In this document: positions 16,901-24,736 of the stretch, piece after piece
Numbering within the stretch: position 1 is the first letter of the stretch
Layout: the number at the start of each line of letters is the position of its first letter
From: a virus
Taxonomy: Duplodnaviria; Caudoviricetes
IMG/VR virus record: IMGVR_UViG_3300011339_000481
Span: 1 to 37,713 of that record
DNA: 37,713 bases
Direction: 5' to 3' (one strand)
Program-made: the position numbers and the translations under genes
Notes under the pieces: generated by a model
The model's database searches: none
What the model was told of the DNA's origin: nothing
Seen by the model: the letters and a program-made list of their open reading frames with translations, nothing else

Positions 16901-17007
16901 ATTTTGTATAGGAAATAACTATGTTTACTAAGTAGCCTGACCCCACTACTAAGTTAAGACTCTAAAGTCTGAACTGTACAGTCGAAGACGTACACCTTGG
17001 AAAGGGA

Positions 17008-17032
17008 ACATAGAAGTTAAATACACTATTAA
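17008..17032 (+). repeat. 25-bp element, copy 2
   Basis: Identical to the minus-strand sequence at 12677..12701. Confidence 0.95.
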
Positions 17033-17189
17033 CAGTTACTTATAATATATTACTTTATAAGTTATTATTAATATATTACTTATATAAGTACTTATAATAT
17101 TTATGTCTATGTAACATTTATGTTAATATGTCTTAGTACTATATAGTACTTCACTTTAAAGTCTCCTTATATAGGACAAAGACAAGCAC

Positions 17190-17549
17190 ATGACAAAACC
17201 AACAGGTAATAAAGTAGGTCGTACCTCAAAGAAGGAACTTAAGGCCATAACTGAGAATAGAAGTGTCGGTAGACCTAAGGGTGATGCAGCTATTATCAAT
17301 GAATATAAACTTAGGATGCTTAACTCACCTAAGAGTGCTAAGGTTCTAGAAGCTATTTATGATGCAGCTCTTAATGATGAACACAAGAATCAAGCTGCAG
17401 CATGGAAGTTAATTGTAGATAGGATTGTTCCTGTTAGTGTCTTTGAGGCACAAAAGTCAGGTAGTAATACCCCTACAGTGTCAATCAACATAACAGGTCT
17501 TACATCACCAACAATCAGCACTAATGATCAAGAGGTGATAGATGTCTGA
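17190..17549 (+). CDS. terS: Terminase small subunit (putative)
   Basis: Basic GRPKG N-terminus, helical core, INITGL tail; overlaps terL. Confidence 0.7.
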   Translation: MTKPTGNKVGRTSKKELKAITENRSVGRPKGDAAIINEYKLRMLNSPKSAKVLEAIYDAALNDEHKNQAAAWKLIVDRIVPVSVFEAQKSGSNTPTVSINITGLTSPTISTNDQEVIDV

Positions 17550-18801
17550 ACTAAACTTCCAACTGCTTAAGTGGCAGCAGAATGTCTTTAAAGATACCAC
17601 TCGCTTTAAAGTGGTAGCTGCAGGTCGAAGGTGTGGTAAGTCTCGTCTATCAGCTGTATCTCTACTGATTGAGGCTTTGAACTGTCCAGATGGTTCAGCT
17701 GTGATGTACATAGCACCTACCTTAGGGCAAGCTAGAACGATTATGTGGGACTTACTGCATGAGCTAGGTAGGCCTGTAATCAAGTCTAGCCATGTGAATA
17801 ACTTAGAGATTACTCTTATAAATGGTAAGAAGATCTTAGTTAGAGGGGCTGATAATCCCGATTCTCTGCGAGGTGTTTCCTTAATTTACGTAGTTATGGA
17901 CGAGTGTGCCTTTATTAAGGAAGATGTATGGCAGAAGATCATCAGGGCTTCGCTGTCAGATAAGAAGGGTAGAGCTTTATTCATTAGTACTCCTAGTGGT
18001 CGTAACTGGTTCTACGATACCTTTAACTTAGGACAGGATGAACAAGACGAGGAGTGGAAGTCATGGCACTTCACAACTCAAGACAATGAGACTATTGATC
18101 CTAAAGAGATTGAGGCTGCAAAGCGTACCTTAAGTTCCTTTGCATTCAAGCAGGAGTATTTGTCTAGCTTCGATACCGCAGGTGCTGATGTCTTCAAAGA
18201 GGAATGGTTTAAGTTAGCTGAAGAACCTCAACATGGTAGCTACATTGTAGCGATTGACTTAGCTGGCTTTGAAGAGGTTGGTAAGAATGCTGGGGCATCT
18301 AAGAAGAGACTAGATGAGACAGCCATAGCAGTTGTTAAGTTAGAGGATAATGGTAACTGGTGGGTACATAAGATACAGCACGGTAGGTGGGACATCAGAG
18401 AGACAGCTGTTAATATCTTGAAAGTGATTAGAGACTTCCAACCTACAAGTATAGGTATTGAGAGGGGAGCATTGAAGAATGCTGTACTGCCTTACCTTAA
18501 TGACTTGATGAGGAAGAATAACATCTATGCGCACATACATGATTTAACTCACGGTAACAAGAAGAAGACTGATAGGGTTGTCTGGAGCTTACAAGGTAGG
18601 ATGGAGCATGGAAGGATTACCTTCAATGATCAAGAGGACTGGAGTGAGTTTAGAGATCAATTAGTTATGTTCCCCACAGCTGGTGTACATGATGACTTGG
18701 TAGATGCTTTGAGCTACATTGATCAACTGGCTATAGCTAACTACAACCAAGATTATGAAGAAGATGAGTATGAGGTCTTAGACCCTATATCAGGTTACTA
18801 A
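17542..18801 (+). CDS. terL: Terminase large subunit
   Basis: GRRCGKS Walker A, VVMDE Walker B, ISTP, and nuclease motifs IDLAG and HDDLVDA. Confidence 0.95.
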   Translation: MSELNFQLLKWQQNVFKDTTRFKVVAAGRRCGKSRLSAVSLLIEALNCPDGSAVMYIAPTLGQARTIMWDLLHELGRPVIKSSHVNNLEITLINGKKILVRGADNPDSLRGVSLIYVVMDECAFIKEDVWQKIIRASLSDKKGRALFISTPSGRNWFYDTFNLGQDEQDEEWKSWHFTTQDNETIDPKEIEAAKRTLSSFAFKQEYLSSFDTAGADVFKEEWFKLAEEPQHGSYIVAIDLAGFEEVGKNAGASKKRLDETAIAVVKLEDNGNWWVHKIQHGRWDIRETAVNILKVIRDFQPTSIGIERGALKNAVLPYLNDLMRKNNIYAHIHDLTHGNKKKTDRVVWSLQGRMEHGRITFNDQEDWSEFRDQLVMFPTAGVHDDLVDALSYIDQLAIANYNQDYEEDEYEVLDPISGY

Positions 18802-18811
18802 AGGAATAACA

Positions 18812-18979
18812 ATGGCTAAGAATGGACTCTATGCGAACATCCAAGCTAAACGTAAGCGTATAGCTGCAGGATCTGGTGAGAAGATGAACAAGCCCGGCTC
18901 TAAAGCTGCTCCGTCTAAGATGGACTTTATTGAGGCTGCTAAGACAGCTAAACCAAAGAAACCTACAAAGGGTAAGTAA
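18812..18979 (+). CDS. Small basic protein, 55 aa (MAKNGLYANIQAKRKRIAAGSGEKM...); not in ORF track
   Basis: Manual translation; AAGGA RBS; K-rich. Confidence 0.8.
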   Translation: MAKNGLYANIQAKRKRIAAGSGEKMNKPGSKAAPSKMDFIEAAKTAKPKKPTKGK

Positions 18980-18983
18980 CACT

Positions 18984-19241
18984 ATGAAAGATTCTAGACT
19001 TGAAAGAGCTGGTGTCAGTGGTTATAACAAGCCTAAGCGTACACCTAATCACCCAACTAAGAGCCATGTCGTAGTGGCTAAAGAGGGTGATCAAGTAAAG
19101 ACTATCAGGTTTGGACAGCAAGGTGTTCAAGGATCTCCTGAAGGTTCAGCTCGTAACGATTCCTTTAAAGCCCGTCACGCTAAGAACATCGCCAAAGGTA
19201 AGATGTCAGCAGCCTTCTGGGCCAACAAAGTTAAATGGTGA
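18984..19241 (+). CDS. Small basic protein (KTIRFGQQG...SFKARH...AAFWANKVKW)
   Basis: Start placed at ATG 18984; pattern recalled from aquatic phage genes near terminase. Confidence 0.8.
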   Translation: MKDSRLERAGVSGYNKPKRTPNHPTKSHVVVAKEGDQVKTIRFGQQGVQGSPEGSARNDSFKARHAKNIAKGKMSAAFWANKVKW

Positions 19242-19247
19242 ACTAAT

Positions 19248-19667
19248 ATGCAATGTCCAATTGAGACACAAGATGTTAAAGAGAATCTTAAGAGGCGTGA
19301 CTGGGCTTTTAAGAATGTAGGCTATGGCCCAGCTAATCCTGAGCTATCTAATGGTGCTTTCTGGAACGATAAAGCTAATGAGTGGCAGACAAGCCTCTCA
19401 CAAGCTAAGTCAATGCGCTGTGGTAACTGTGCAGCCTTTATCCAAACACCTGAGATGATGGAGTGTATTCGTTCAGGTATTGACATGGAAGAGGACAGTT
19501 TCGCTCAGGATGTCGTAGATACAGCTAAGTTAGGTTTCTGTGAGTTATTTGATTTTAAATGTGCCGCAGATAGAACTTGTAGTGCATGGTTAGTTGGTGG
19601 GCCTATAACATCCAGTAAAATTGAAATTGATGATACAGCTTTAGACGATTCAACAAAGGATATGTAA
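19248..19667 (+). CDS. Cys-rich putative metal/Fe-S-binding protein
   Basis: CP...YGP...RCGNCAAF...GFCELFDFKCAADRTCSAW. Confidence 0.75.
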   Translation: MQCPIETQDVKENLKRRDWAFKNVGYGPANPELSNGAFWNDKANEWQTSLSQAKSMRCGNCAAFIQTPEMMECIRSGIDMEEDSFAQDVVDTAKLGFCELFDFKCAADRTCSAWLVGGPITSSKIEIDDTALDDSTKDM

Positions 19668-19669
19668 TA

Positions 19670-21694
19670 ATGGCATTAACACAAGACGACAACTACGAAG
19701 AAGGCGTTTCAGACAAGTTTGAAGAGCCTACGGAGAACGAGAAGGAACTCACTTCGTGGGTGACTCAGCATATCACCCGTTGGCGTGATCACCGTGATGC
19801 TAACTACATGGATCTATGGCTTGAGTATGAGCGTATCTTCCGTGGTCAGTGGGCTGCTGAAGATAAGACTCGGGACAGTGAGCGTAGTCGTATTATCTCT
19901 CCAGCTACTCAGCAGGCTATTGAGACTCGTCATGCTGAGATCATGGAAGCTATCTTTGGTCAGGGAGAGTTCTTCGATATCTCCGATGACATTAAAGATG
20001 TAGACGGTAATCCTTTTGATATTGAGATGATCAAGAATCAACTCCATGAGGACTTTAAGAAGGATAAGATTAAGAAGTCCATTGACCAGATTGAGTTGAT
20101 GGCTGAGATTTATGGTACAGGTATTGGTGAGATCATTGTCAAGACTGAGAAGGAATACATTCCAGCTACTCAAGTCATTCCCGGTGTGGCTGGTGCAGCT
20201 GCCATCGGAGTGCAAGAGAAGGATCGTATTGCAGTCAAGATTAAACCAGTTAACCCTAAGAATTTCCTTATTGATCCTAATGCTGATTCCATTGACGATG
20301 CTCTTGGTGTTGCTATCGAGAAGTATGTATCCATTCACAAGATTGTTGAAGGGATTGAGAGAGGGATTTATAAGAAGGTCGACATCACCACAGCTTCGGA
20401 GGATGAAGACCTAGAACCTACACAGGACTTACAGACATACCAAGATGATAAGGTACGCTTAGTTACCTATTATGGTTTAGTTCCCCGTGAGTACTTGTCT
20501 GAGGAAGAAGAGAATGAGTATGCTGAGTTGTTCCCTGAAGGATCCACAGCTGATGATTACTCTAACCTTGTAGAGGCTATTGTAGTTATTGCCAACGATG
20601 GTTTGCTGTTGAAGGCTGAAGCAAATCCTTACATGATGAAGGATCGTCCAGTTGTAGCTTATCAAGATGATACAGTTCCCGGTCGCTTCTGGGGTCGTGG
20701 TACAGCTGAGAAGGCTTACAACATGCAGAAGGCTATTGATGGTCAACTCCGTGCTCACATGGACTCCTTAGCCTTGACTACAGCACCTATGATTGCCATG
20801 GATGCTACTCGTCTGCCCCGTGGTGCTAAGTTTGAGATTAAGCCCGGTAAGGCTATCTTGACCAACGGAGCACCTTCTGAGATCTTGTTCCCATTCAAGT
20901 TCGGTCAGACTGATGGCAATGCAGCTGCAGCAGCGCAGAACTTTGAGCGTATGCTACTACAGGCTACAGGTACAGTGGACAGCGCAGGTATGCCTTCCAA
21001 TGTTCCTCGTGATGCTGGCGCTGGTGGTATGTCTATGGCTATGGCAGGTATCATCAAGAAGTACAAGCGTACCTTGAGTAACTTCCAAGAAGACTTCATG
21101 ATTCCGTTCATTAACAAAGCTGCCTTCCGTTATATGCAGTTTGACAGTGAGCGTTATCCATCAGTTGATATGAACTTCGTACCTACAGCTACTTTGGGTA
21201 TCTTGGCTAGGGAGTTTGAGCAACAACAGATGATTGGACTCTTGCAGACACTAGGCCCAGACACTCCAGTACTGCCTTTGATCTTGAAAGGTATCTTGCA
21301 GAACAGTTCCTTGTCTAATCGTGGTGAACTTATGCAGGCTTTGGATCAAATGTCTCAGCCTAACCCACAAGCTCAAGAGGCTGCACAACAGCAACAGATG
21401 GCTCAGATGCAACTTGCAGCTGCTCAGGTGGCAGATTTGCAGTCTAAGGCTCAGAAACAACAAGCTGAAGCTCAAAAGACTATGGTTGAGGCTCAGATGA
21501 TCCCTGAAGAGCATCGAGTTAAGGTCATTCAAGCTGCTGCAACTAACATCGATCAGAGTAGTGACTTCGATAAACGCTTGAAATTGGCTGACATGATGCT
21601 AAAAGAGAAGCAAGTTAACCTGAAAGCTGCCGATATTGCCTCAAATGAGCGTATTGCAAGCCTTCAAATGATAAATAAATCGATAAAGCAATAA
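19670..21694 (+). CDS. Portal protein with Q/A-rich C-terminal barrel
   Basis: 674 aa, follows terminase; FWGRG motif and long helical C-terminus as in P22-like portals. Confidence 0.88.
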   Translation: MALTQDDNYEEGVSDKFEEPTENEKELTSWVTQHITRWRDHRDANYMDLWLEYERIFRGQWAAEDKTRDSERSRIISPATQQAIETRHAEIMEAIFGQGEFFDISDDIKDVDGNPFDIEMIKNQLHEDFKKDKIKKSIDQIELMAEIYGTGIGEIIVKTEKEYIPATQVIPGVAGAAAIGVQEKDRIAVKIKPVNPKNFLIDPNADSIDDALGVAIEKYVSIHKIVEGIERGIYKKVDITTASEDEDLEPTQDLQTYQDDKVRLVTYYGLVPREYLSEEEENEYAELFPEGSTADDYSNLVEAIVVIANDGLLLKAEANPYMMKDRPVVAYQDDTVPGRFWGRGTAEKAYNMQKAIDGQLRAHMDSLALTTAPMIAMDATRLPRGAKFEIKPGKAILTNGAPSEILFPFKFGQTDGNAAAAAQNFERMLLQATGTVDSAGMPSNVPRDAGAGGMSMAMAGIIKKYKRTLSNFQEDFMIPFINKAAFRYMQFDSERYPSVDMNFVPTATLGILAREFEQQQMIGLLQTLGPDTPVLPLILKGILQNSSLSNRGELMQALDQMSQPNPQAQEAAQQQQMAQMQLAAAQVADLQSKAQKQQAEAQKTMVEAQMIPEEHRVKVIQAAATNIDQSSDFDKRLKLADMMLKEKQVNLKAADIASNERIASLQMINKSIKQ

Positions 21695-21721
21695 AATTGC
21701 TGGTGAAACAGTAAGTTTTAC

Positions 21722-21750
21722 TTGACAAAGTGTTGTTTTTATGATACAAT
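21722..21750 (+). promoter_or_regulatory. Sigma70 promoter for the head genes
   Basis: TTGACA-17 nt-TACAAT with extended -10 TG. Confidence 0.85.
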
Positions 21751-21788
21751 AATACTATAGTTAAGTTTTTAATGGAGGGATAAGCCAA

Positions 21789-22019
21789 ATGGCCCCTGAT
21801 TTACAGAAATATTACGAAGAAACCTTTAATACCATGAGTACTAAGGGTTGGGAATTCTTAATTGAAGACTTTGAAGAGATTAAGGCTAGTTTAAACGACT
21901 TATCAACTGTCACGGACACACAAACACTTTATTTCCGTAAAGGACAGCTAGATATTCTTGAATTAGTTTTAGGGCGTAAGGCTGTGTGTGAGAAGGTATA
22001 TGAGGAGTTACAAGAGTGA
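21789..22019 (+). CDS. Conserved small protein between portal and scaffold
   Basis: GGAGG RBS; GWEFL...KGQLDIL pattern. Confidence 0.8.
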   Translation: MAPDLQKYYEETFNTMSTKGWEFLIEDFEEIKASLNDLSTVTDTQTLYFRKGQLDILELVLGRKAVCEKVYEELQE

Positions 22020-22080
22020 GAAGTAACAGATACAACTGGAGAGGAACACGCTACTTGTTCTCGACTCCAAGGAGTCTGCG

Positions 22081-22314
22081 ATGAAACGCTTATATGACTT
22101 CCAATGTCCCAACGATCACATAACTGAATCGCTAGTTGATAGTGATCATACGACTGCTAAATGCAAAGTATGTAGTAAGGACGCTATCAGGCTTATTTCA
22201 GCTCCTAACATCAGTTTAGACGCTATATCAGGCGACTTTCCCGGTGCTACGGCTAAATGGGCTGCTGTGAGAGCTGATAGGCTCAAGCAGGAACAAAAGA
22301 GAGGATCTGAGTAA
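22081..22314 (+). CDS. FmdB-like zinc-ribbon protein
   Basis: YDFQCPNDH...CKVC...RLISAP. Confidence 0.8.
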   Translation: MKRLYDFQCPNDHITESLVDSDHTTAKCKVCSKDAIRLISAPNISLDAISGDFPGATAKWAAVRADRLKQEQKRGSE

Positions 22315-22382
22315 CTTCAGGCAACCCACTAGATTCATCATATAAATCCTGTAATCCATTCATGGACAGGGAAAGGTTAGGT

Positions 22383-23180
22383 ATGGCTTTAATTGATATT
22401 GAGGAACTAAATTCCAAAGGTAGTGAAATAGAAGCTGAGGACTTCAAAGCTGGACAACAACAGGTTCAGCAACCTCAACAGACTGAGACAAACAGTGCTT
22501 CTGAGATCCCTGAGAAATACAAGGGGAAGAATCTTGAAGATATTGTTAAGATGCACCAAGAGGCTGAAAAGCTTATCGGTCGTCAAGCTCAGGAAGTGGG
22601 TGAAGTACGCAGGCTTGCAGATGAACTACTAAAGCAGAGTTTAGCTCAAAAGCAACAACAAGTTCCATCCAAAGAAGAAACACCAGAGATTGACTTCTTT
22701 GAAGATCCGCAGAGACATCTCAATAATGCAGTAGCTAATCATCCAGATGTGTTAGCAGCCAAGCAAGCAGCGTTACAACTTAAGCAGATTCAGACACAAG
22801 CAATGCTCAACAAGAAGCATCCTGACTTTGCTGAGGTAGTGCGTGATGCTGAGTTCCAAGAGTGGGTAAGATCCTCTCCTATGAGACTTAACATCTATGC
22901 TATGGCTGATGCCAACTATGATTTTAATGCAGCTGATGAGTTAGTATCTACATTCAAACAGATCCGAACTACTAAGACACAACAAACTACTGATGCAGGT
23001 AAAGCTGTTAGACAACAGAACCTTAAAGCTGCTAGTGTCGATGTTGGAGGAACTGGAGAGTCTTCTAAGAAAGTTTATCGTCGTACCGACCTTATCCGGC
23101 TACGAATGCAAGATCCAGACCGTTATGAAGCTTTGCAGCCTGAGATTATGGCAGCTTACGCAGAGGGTCGAGTTAAATAA
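22383..23180 (+). CDS. Capsid scaffolding protein
   Basis: Acidic helical protein with IPEKYKGK motif directly before the capsid gene; start placed at ATG 22383. Confidence 0.85.
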   Translation: MALIDIEELNSKGSEIEAEDFKAGQQQVQQPQQTETNSASEIPEKYKGKNLEDIVKMHQEAEKLIGRQAQEVGEVRRLADELLKQSLAQKQQQVPSKEETPEIDFFEDPQRHLNNAVANHPDVLAAKQAALQLKQIQTQAMLNKKHPDFAEVVRDAEFQEWVRSSPMRLNIYAMADANYDFNAADELVSTFKQIRTTKTQQTTDAGKAVRQQNLKAASVDVGGTGESSKKVYRRTDLIRLRMQDPDRYEALQPEIMAAYAEGRVK

Positions 23181-23210
23181 ATTAATTAATATTCACAGGA
23201 GATTTATAAA

Positions 23211-24170
23211 ATGGCTTTAGGTACAGATCACGTAACAGTAACGACCGCAGCAACGTTTATTCCAGAAGTATGGAGTGATGAGATTGTTGCGGCTTACAAG
23301 AAGAGTTTGGTTGCAGCTAACTTGGTTAAGAAGATGTCTTTCAAGGGCAAGAAAGGTGACACCGTTCACATTCCAGTCCCTGCACGAGGCAATGCTTCTG
23401 CTAAAGCAGCTTCTACACAAGTGACATTGATTGCAGCTACTGAGTCCGAAGTTGCTATTTCTATCAACAAACACTACGAATACTCACGCATGATTGAGGA
23501 TATCGTTGAAGCTCAGGCATTGTCTAGCTTGCGTTCATTCTATACAGATGATGCAGGTTACGCTTTGGGTAAGCAAGTTGATACTGATTTGGTTCAGTTG
23601 GGTCAGCAATTCAATGTGTCTACCGCTGGTGCTGGTAACTTCCGTTATGCCGGTGCTTTCATCGGTGGTGATGGTTCTACCGCTTTTGACTACTCTGCCT
23701 CTGCAGGTGCTGGTAATGCCTCAGCTTTGACAGCTGCTGGTATTCGTCGTACTATTCAGCGTCTTGATGATAGCGATGTTCCTATGGACAACCGCTTCTT
23801 CTTGATTCCTCCAAATGTGCGTAACACCATCTTGGGCTTGTCTGAGTTCACAACCTTCAACAGCGTTGGTGAAGCCGGTTCTGCTAACAGCATCCGTAAC
23901 GGTATGATTGGTGACATCTATGGTGTTCCAGTCTATGTTACAACCAATGCTGATACAGCTAAATCAGCTACTAACGGTACTGGTACTAGTTTGGGTCGTG
24001 TATGCTTGATGGCTCACAAAGATTCTATGGTGCTGGTTGAGCAAGTTGGTATCCGTTCACAGACTCAGTACAAACAAGAATACCTCGGTACATTGTTCAC
24101 TGCTGATACTTTGTACGGCTGTGCTGAGTTGCGTAACTACGGTGGCGTTGCTCTCGTAGTCCCTATGTAA
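23211..24170 (+). CDS. Major capsid protein
   Basis: FIPEVWS, GDTVHIP, GDIYGVPV and LYG motifs of podoviral HK97-fold capsids; CAGGAG RBS; strongly biased codon usage. Confidence 0.93.
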   Translation: MALGTDHVTVTTAATFIPEVWSDEIVAAYKKSLVAANLVKKMSFKGKKGDTVHIPVPARGNASAKAASTQVTLIAATESEVAISINKHYEYSRMIEDIVEAQALSSLRSFYTDDAGYALGKQVDTDLVQLGQQFNVSTAGAGNFRYAGAFIGGDGSTAFDYSASAGAGNASALTAAGIRRTIQRLDDSDVPMDNRFFLIPPNVRNTILGLSEFTTFNSVGEAGSANSIRNGMIGDIYGVPVYVTTNADTAKSATNGTGTSLGRVCLMAHKDSMVLVEQVGIRSQTQYKQEYLGTLFTADTLYGCAELRNYGGVALVVPM

Positions 24171-24180
24171 TGTAGGTAAG

Positions 24181-24209
24181 GGTTCCCTCTCATAAGGGGG
24201 AGCCTTTTT
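24181..24209 (+). terminator. Rho-independent terminator after the capsid gene
   Basis: GGTTCCCTCT-cata-AGGGGGAGCC stem followed by TTTTT. Confidence 0.85.
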
Positions 24210-24247
24210 AATGTGCTATATGTAGCATATCAGAAAGGTTAATAGTA

Positions 24248-24442
24248 ATGGCTAAATTTAAATGTAATCAATCAGGTAATACAGTTGAATTCTTTCAAGA
24301 GCATGAGATTGCTGAGATGAGAAAACATAGTGGATACACTGAGGTAGTAGTAGAAGCTCCTAAACCAACACCATCATCATCAAAGAAGGTAGCTAAAGAT
24401 GCGATCAGTATCAGTGGGGAATCTCCTAACAGCGGCAACTAA
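24248..24442 (+). CDS. Small hypothetical protein
   Basis: GAAAGG RBS; operon position. Confidence 0.65.
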   Translation: MAKFKCNQSGNTVEFFQEHEIAEMRKHSGYTEVVVEAPKPTPSSSKKVAKDAISISGESPNSGN

Positions 24443-24731
24443 GACAACTATTTATACAGTTCCTACAGGCTACTATGCCAAGTGGAACCTTTGTTATGTG
24501 GTGAACACAACAGGTAACAATAAAGCTATTGATGCTATTTGGTATGACGCTAGTACTTCAACTGAGATACACATACTAGATGGATATGTTCTAAGCCCTA
24601 CACAGTTCATTAAGTTTGACGGTGGTGCTTATGTTGTACTTGAAGAGGGTGATCAAGTGCGTATGGAGTCTGAATCAGGCTCAACGATGAATACTGTAAA
24701 CACATTTGAATTGTACAGAAAAGGCGAGTAA
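24399..24731 (+). CDS. Beta-rich virion-associated protein (putative)
   Basis: TTIYTVP...VLEEGDQVR pattern. Confidence 0.7.
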   Translation: MRSVSVGNLLTAATKTTIYTVPTGYYAKWNLCYVVNTTGNNKAIDAIWYDASTSTEIHILDGYVLSPTQFIKFDGGAYVVLEEGDQVRMESESGSTMNTVNTFELYRKGE

Positions 24732-24736
24732 CAGTA

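Noticed and set aside
16560-17000. Short repeated motifs as a mini-CRISPR array
   Set aside because: Repeats are only about 11 bp and irregularly spaced, with no constant spacer length and no cas genes
12677-17032. 25-bp inverted repeats as ends of an invertible segment or transposon
   Set aside because: No recombinase or transposase is present, no target duplication was seen, and the physical termini probably lie between the copies; not fully excluded without reads
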